From Balanoglossus misakiensis (Eukaryota; Animalia; Hemichordata): a DNA stretch of 57,641 bases. The notes beneath the pieces were generated by a model. That model was not told the origin of the DNA and did no database searches. It saw only the letters and a list, made by a program, of their open reading frames with translations. Within the stretch, counting starts at the first letter, position 1; every line of letters begins with the position of its first letter. The position numbers were made by a program, and so were the translations under genes. Location: assembly GCA_040954595.2 (NCBI GenBank), contig CM082585.2, positions 11,673,079 through 11,730,719 on the forward strand. Direction: 5' to 3'. Positions 51,001-57,641 of the stretch are shown here, piece by piece.

Positions 51001-53646
51001 ACGCAAAATGGACATGACTCCAAGATCATTTACAAATACATAAATCTGCATGCATGAAATATTGATAAATCTGTGAAATATATTATAAAGAATGTTGAAT
51101 ATTTCTGTATGGTATAAATATCTCTAACACTGTAAAAAACTCCTCTGTATCCAAGTCTGTATCTGTATATTGTAGAATTCTTCAGGTCTTTCATAAACCC
51201 TTGAGGCTCTTGGTGAAACACTACCAAGACTATCATAAAAGCAGACTGCTGATTGGTTATTGCTCATCTTCTGTGGTCACTCCAACCAATTGGAACCATT
51301 CTTCTGATACACTGTGAGATGTCGCCAGGTCATAACACCGCTTCTTACATTTTTGCACTGGCAGTCAGAAAGAGGCTGTTTATGTGTTCAACATCCCAAC
51401 CATTACCTCTAACCCCCCCCCCCCCCTAGATGAAACCCTGCAACTCTCATTGTCAATGAAAGATCAACAGTTCTAAGAAAAATTCTTAATCTTTTCTTAA
51501 GTAAATATTTCTTGTAAAAATGTCTATGAATTTAAAATTCACACATTTAACATTATCTCACTAGTTTCCCCTTTACTATGTAAAATTGCTACATAGCAGC
51601 TTATCACTGTTACTAATATAGTACAACAAAGAATCTTATGTATTCAAAAGACGATAAATGGTAACAAATGCATGACACAGCATATTCTACCAGGGTCTAG
51701 TATGTATGTTGCCTTTCATGTGGAGAGCGCCTTCTAGTGGTAAATCTGGCAGTTCATGTTTTACTTGAACATTTCTTTGTCACCTTCAGCCAAAGATTTA
51801 AGAAAAATACTACTGTATCTTCGATTGTTTTTGAAACCTTTTTTATACAACATGTTTGTCAAATGTGTTATATGTGCTTCTGTTGTCTTCCGTTTTGAGG
51901 TTTGTGCGATCCTTTTCTGGCAGAGAGGGCGCTTTCTCGAGTGAGGGAGGACACTTACCATTTTTTTCCACTTTGCCAAAATTGTACTTGTAGATGAGTT
52001 TTATATCAAGTTTGAATGTCATGCCAAGGGCGGACAGAATGAGTGCCATGATGACAATCGATGAAAGGACTATAATTATGATCAATAGGGTTGTGCTTTC
52101 TGCAGTTGAAGGTCCTGGATTTGGATCTGAAAGAAAATGGAGAACATTCTAAATTGAAAAGTATTGTATTTGATATGTACAACGAAAGTTATTATTTATA
52201 ACTAGCCTACTTTAAAGGCCAATATTTGTTGATGTTAGCATTTCTATAGATTTTAACAAATGATCACTTTTTCACTTTTTAAATCAGGGATACAGTTGCA
52301 TGCTGTTACCCTCACAGCCAGTCAATATGCATATACTATATCCCCCTGGAGTTGCTTTGTTATCTGCCTCTGCAAATGTACAATAAACAGACTTACCCCC
52401 ATAACTCAGTACCAAAGGAATATCTATGCTTCCATGGGCGTTGACTGCTTTCACTACATATGTGGCATAAGTAGACGCTCTTATGTCTTGTATGTAAAGA
52501 TATATGCCGATGGTTTCATTGTCATCTCTGAAATCAATACACAAATAATTTTGTTGTTGTTGTTGTTGTTGACTAGTTTTGTTTGGTTATCAATTGCAGT
52601 CCTATCCTACCATTGAATACAACAGGGTGGAACTATATTTTCATGGAAAGGGTCTTGCTATTTGCCTCTCACCTTCCCCTCTGTCTGGTACTGTATGTTC
52701 TGTTATCTAAGTCTTCTATGAAGTAATGACTTGTCTGGTTGTGCTTGTACCAAAAAATCATCTTGTCTTCGTCTCCACCATGTCCAAAGAAGAACTCGCA
52801 GTAGAACGTCACATTAGAGCCATGGAGTCTGGTGTAGTTACGGCAACGTGTCGAGTTCAGCTGGTGGGGTTTCTCTGTAAACTGCATTGCTGTGTGTGTA
52901 TGGGAAAAGTTTGAAAAACAATTTGCTTTGTTAATTTTTAACTGAGAGTAGTGATGATCTGACGGAATTGAACACATCTGTACTTTGGATTGAATGTACA
53001 CCAATATACTGCAATTTATTCTCAACAGAGCCATACAGACATGACCATGTACTTGAAAAATTCAAAGAAAATCTTACGTTTGGCCTGTAGTTCTTTGGTG
53101 TGGCTGATTGTACTTGTTCCATTGGAAGCACTACATGTATAGCTTGCCTCATCCCTCGTCATCAAATACCGGAATACTAAGGTCTGGTTTCCATTATCCA
53201 TGAAAGTCTCTGCTTGATCGACCCCTTTCCATGGATAAGGATCAGAGCCTTTATACCAAGTCATCATCAAATACCCTTCGGCACAGCACGACATGTCTTT
53301 GTATTGGGTAATGGTTCCAAACTCAAGATCACCCATGTCTGGGTTTGTGAACTTGAAAGTGTCATCTATATTGAAAAGAAACAGCAATCAAATACCAAAA
53401 GATCAACTAAAAGTACATGATAATGATACCCCTAACTATTGACTTGTCATAAAACTGAAAGTTGTTTTATAAAAGCGAAAGTTGCGTATTTAATTACATC
53501 TTGGTTGTCAAGTTGTGAGACCCACCTTCATCGTGCCCATTAAACTGATCACAGACGTTTTTCCCATGAGCATGGAATACCAAAATCGAAGACAATATTA
53601 TTATGACTATTCTGGACTGCAGTGGACACCTTGTCAGTTGTTCCAT
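48018..53646 (-). CDS. IL-1 receptor-like protein: signal peptide, 2 Ig domains, transmembrane helix, TIR domain and long C-terminal tail
   Basis: Exons 53646-53526, 53365-53078, 52889-52673, 52527-52397, 52126-51959, 48976-48833 and 48646-48018. Ig1 C...TWYK...DEASYTC; Ig2 VTFYC...FWYK...ATYVVKAVN; TM LLIIIIVLSSIVIMALILSALG; TIR YDVFISHS...FKLCVEQRDFLAG...SIEAS..WIIVLTPDYL...FWKTLLLQLP. Confidence 0.92.
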
Positions 53647-53731
53647 GGTTTTCAATGAACTGAAATAGTAAAGCAATATCATTTCGGATGTTATGCTATT
53701 TTACACGTAAATGATGAATTCAGCATAATTT

Positions 53732-53741
53732 GGGAAACCCC
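53732..53741. promoter_or_regulatory. NF-kB-like site just upstream of the ATG-bearing exon of the IL-1R-like gene
   Basis: GGGAAACCCC on the plus strand, GGGGTTTCCC on the minus strand. Confidence 0.45.
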
Positions 53742-54593
53742 GCCTGCGTCATCGCCTTACAAAGGAACTGATGAAGTGCGGAGGAGTGCGTAACGGCCCG
53801 TACGTCATTAATCTCACCCCTGACTTTGTTCATGTATGAGCGTGACCAGGAAGGTCCAAGAAAGTAACTTACAAACACAATGTTGGTCTGATCACAGTGA
53901 CTGTGCTGATCACCATCACCATCAGTAAGATCAGGATGTGACAACCGTGTTCCACTTTCAAAAACTTTGTACACAACATACATTCCATGCCAATATTACC
54001 TTAAATAATTACGGACTCATGTTACTTTCAACGTCATGTTGCATTTCATAGCCGCGTGATGACCTCATTTGACTCGGACGCAAAGCGCGCGTTTTAGGGC
54101 AAATTCCAGGAAATCGCCGCCTTAGAACCGGAAGTAAATAAATGTGACTTCAGTACAATTCAAAGTAGGCAAAGATGGCTAGAATAGCTTCGCAGACATA
54201 GCCATTTTACCTGTTTAAACTATTTTACCCCACTGCGATTTTAAAGTTTTAATTAACACAGTTGCTAAGCAACCAGACGCCACAGCCGGCCCACCAAAGG
54301 TACAACCCCTCCCTACCATACTTACCCACCCCCATCAATTCATGAATTGGTCCAGTTCAGTTCCTCTTGCACTCAATGCGCAGTCTCTGTCCACGTTCTT
54401 GCAAAGGTGGCACCCTTCGACAGTGAAGAACTTTGTTTTCATTTTCCCTACCCGGTACTCCAGTATTCTTGCCAATATAGAGTAGTTGTGTAGAGGGTAC
54501 ACGGTTTGTCAGGTCAGTAGTCTTTTCATCAAAGACATTCTTGTGGGAAGATCGTACCAAATAATTTATTTGACGCTTTAAAACCCTTCGACC

Positions 54594-57500
54594 ATGGCGG
54601 TGAGTAATGACTACAGGTTGTGGTGTACATTTGTACGACAACCGAACTTCAGAAGAGATTGGAGATATTACCGTGGTGTGAAGGTGGAAACGGGGAAATG
54701 GGATGGTGGGTTTGATGGGAGTAACTACTGTAGATGTTATAATTAAGTCCTAACACCCACAGATTCCCTGGTGATTGTGTATTGCAAGGTACATGTAGCC
54801 TGGATAGGCGTTTACAATACATGCCATCACTAACCCTGGAACAGCTGAATGTGATGCCAGGTCATGCAGTGATGGATGTATTGTATTTGATGTGTTGGCA
54901 CAGCCATGGAGTACATTAAGCTACTAGTAGTACCTCAAATGGTCTAGCCTAGAATCTATAACATTGCTTATTTTGGGTCACAAGTGGATTCTATGTGTAT
55001 GGAGTGACCTAGCTTCAGCTCAGTAGCTCGAGGTTAAACCAATAGGCAAAAACCTCGAGGTAATGAAGTGCAGCTAGGTGTGACCTAGCAAATGTGCAAA
55101 TTAAAATCAACTGTAGAGATAGGCTCCAACCTTCCGCTGCTAGATGTAATTGATGCTTGCAGGTTTGTTCTTCTGCTGTCACCTCTCTGCAAAAGAACAA
55201 GAGCAGAAAGAGGCAAACACCCAGCAAATGTAAAGGTGGCACCTATCTCTACAACTGGTTTTTATGCATTCTAAAAATTAACTGCAAATTTTGAAACCAG
55301 GTGACATTTGTTATTCCGAACTGCGTGACTAAGCCCCTTTTGATAATGGTATATTAGAAAACTGTATGCTCCTTTAGCAAGTGTGGTTTTTGCATGTATT
55401 ATTTTCAGTTTGCATGCAACATGTGGCCGGGATATTAGTGTTTACCATATTTATCCTATTGTGGATGGTTTTGTAAATTTACAGAGCTGTACAACAACTC
55501 TCTCATTATTAAGAAATCAGATGTTTCAACTTCTGGAGAAAAAACCTACATAATAAGAATTAAATAATTCTAACATTGACTGTTGTGAACAAAAAGTTGG
55601 GAGTTTTTTAATGCAGGGTATTTTTATGGCATAGACTATGAATAGAAAAAGTACAGTAAATCTGTTTGGAACAACATCATAACATGTGTTACATACTGAT
55701 CTGTTTATTTATGGGTCAGTGATTTATAAAATCAGCGTATTATTAAAAGGAACGACACAGGTCCAGGTCATGGATTCCCTGATTTCTATCTCTTCTATTG
55801 GTTGGAAATCTGGTCAACATTGGAAAATGGGATAAACATAAGGACCAAAATGGCCAATTGATTCATTTTCTTAACCTTTGACCTTTACAGTCAGATACAT
55901 GGGGAGACTGGGATGAGAAGTTTCTATCGGAGGAAAAACACCAATTTGGAAAGATGAATGAAGAGAACAAAGAGGCAGCGTCACCGGGCGGAGAAGGGGC
56001 AACGAAAACCACCCCACAAAAATCAGGAAAGGTAAGGATGGAGATTTACAACGCATTTGCAAAGGTTTTCAACAGAATTTTTATACTACTCCATTTATGG
56101 CTGCTCAGTGTAATAAGTGTTGGTTTATTGCTGACCTCTGCAATATTATTTGTTTCTTGTCCAGCTGGATTCCTTGTCAAGGGAAGATTTGATCAAGTAT
56201 ATCAAAAAACAACAGATACTGGTCCAGAAAATCAGAGCAAAATGTGATGGTAGGTGCATAGCAATGAAATCATCAAAAATTAAAGTGGAATGTGATTTCT
56301 TCATTTTACATCAGCAAGTTTTGCTTCTTCGTTACCCTTTATTTCAGCAAATACATTCAATTTTTTTTTACAGACTTAGCCAAAAAGAACACAGAACTGG
56401 AAAAGGATAAGAATGATAGCTCGAGTGCCGAGGGCCAAGGCAAAATTCAGGTGAGTTTGACAATGAAATGTATGATAAAGATTAACTGTTAGTGCATGTA
56501 TGTGTTGTGTTAGTCTAGAGATTATCTGGTGATTTTCCCTGCAAATAGGAATGTCTATAGACTGCTATGAGAACCTCTAAGCAACTATTTCTGCATTGCA
56601 GGAGTTAGAGTCTGAACTTGCAGACTTGAAAGCTGAACACAAAGAATTGATGGCCGCTTATAGTGGTGTCCAACTACAACAGGAAAATTCAGTGCAAATC
56701 CATGAGGTAAGAGAATGTTACATGCAGGCACATATACCTTACATAAAGTATTGACAGAATAGGTGGCGGTTTTGAACAAATTAGACAGACATTGTCAAGT
56801 TCAGATTTGCAATGGATATTTCCCTAAGAAATCTAATAAAGACTAATATTGATCTCCTTTGTAAAATAAAAAAATGATTCTAGGATCTACAAAGTAAGGT
56901 CAGTGAATGGACAGAAAAGTTTACAAAAAGTGAAGAAGAAAAGAAAAAAATCCAGGAACAGTATAATGCTGAGGTGAAAAAGAATCAGGTGAGTTAGTCT
57001 GTGCTGGAATGAAAGAATGATACTGATTGGCTACTTGACACCAACTGCTTGTTTAAATATCCAATTGTCTGCTGTTTTTTAAACTGGGTGATTTGAAGAC
57101 TCTGTTGGTACCCAGCATGCATGTGAGAATCCCCTCTTCCCAACAAATAGGGTTGCAGCAAAAATAGTTCAATCTTTATGCTGTTGATAAAGTTGGGTTT
57201 GTGGGTAACCTTGGTGTGTGTTGGTATTAAGGTGGTTCCTTCCATGTTCCCTTGGTTATTAGAACATGGCAGAGCAGTTTGAGTGCATGAAGATGAAAGA
57301 GGAAACCATGGCAACCACATTCCAGTGTCTGCAAGAGGAGTGTCAGAAGCTGACTCAGGAGAAAAAAGTAATGCCTTTATTTACAACATACCGGTATTAT
57401 CAAAAGAAAAAATTCAGAAACAAATGCATGTGTAAATCAATGTTTATGCATGTTGAGACAGAATTGTGTCTGATTGACCCTTGACCTTTGAACTTGTGGA

Positions 57501-57641
57501 TCATTGCAGGACTTGAGTGATCAGGTCAGTGTTTTGACCGTGGCCAGAGATGAAACCATGAAGGCTATGAAAGCGCTGAAGCAAGAGCAGCAGGGTAGCG
57601 ACAGTGCCAGCGCTCAGCTGCAGGTCCAGATAGAAGCTCTG
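54594..57641 (+). CDS. GCC2: GRIP and coiled-coil golgin GCC2/GCC185, 3'-partial
   Basis: TPQKSGK|LDSLSREDLIKYIKKQQILVQKIRAKCD matches the GCC2 N-terminal motif and is followed by coiled-coil exons. A tentative first coding micro-exon ACC-ATG-GCG|GTGAGT (54594-54599) splices in frame to 55891; otherwise the start is 55954. Confidence 0.82.

Noticed and set aside
54357-54641. 94-aa minus-strand ORF upstream of the receptor
   Set aside because: Non-ATG start and no recognisable domain; better explained as 5'UTR or promoter sequence.
1-57641. Prokaryotic features (operons, CRISPR arrays, defence systems), tRNA or rRNA
   Set aside because: The DNA is spliceosomal-intron-containing animal sequence; no repeat-spacer arrays or tRNA/rRNA signatures were seen.

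Overview
Gene-dense, intron-rich, AT-rich animal genomic DNA, most likely from a marine invertebrate; the species cannot be determined from the sequence. I spliced ten protein-coding genes plus one disrupted gene by hand. In order: PEX1 (+, 5'-partial), RPP38 (-), RNASEH2B (+), an aldo-keto reductase (-) with a hAT-type transposon inserted in a coding exon, INTS6 (+), monoamine oxidase (-), RNF168-like (-), EIF2A (+, two consecutive U12 introns), a PDZ + IL-1-like beta-trefoil gene (-), an Ig-Ig-TM-TIR IL-1-receptor-like gene (-), and GCC2 (+, 3'-partial). The main result is a candidate invertebrate IL-1 ligand and IL-1 receptor pair in tandem. The ligand is a leaderless 430-aa protein with a PDZ-like prodomain, a poly-Asp/caspase-type linker and an IL-1/IL-18-like C-terminal domain. 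Its intron phases match those of vertebrate IL-1 genes, and it has a perfect NF-kB site in the promoter and an AU-rich 3'UTR. Its cytokine-domain exons are mostly missing from the ORF track. All gene models are manual and need RNA-seq confirmation.
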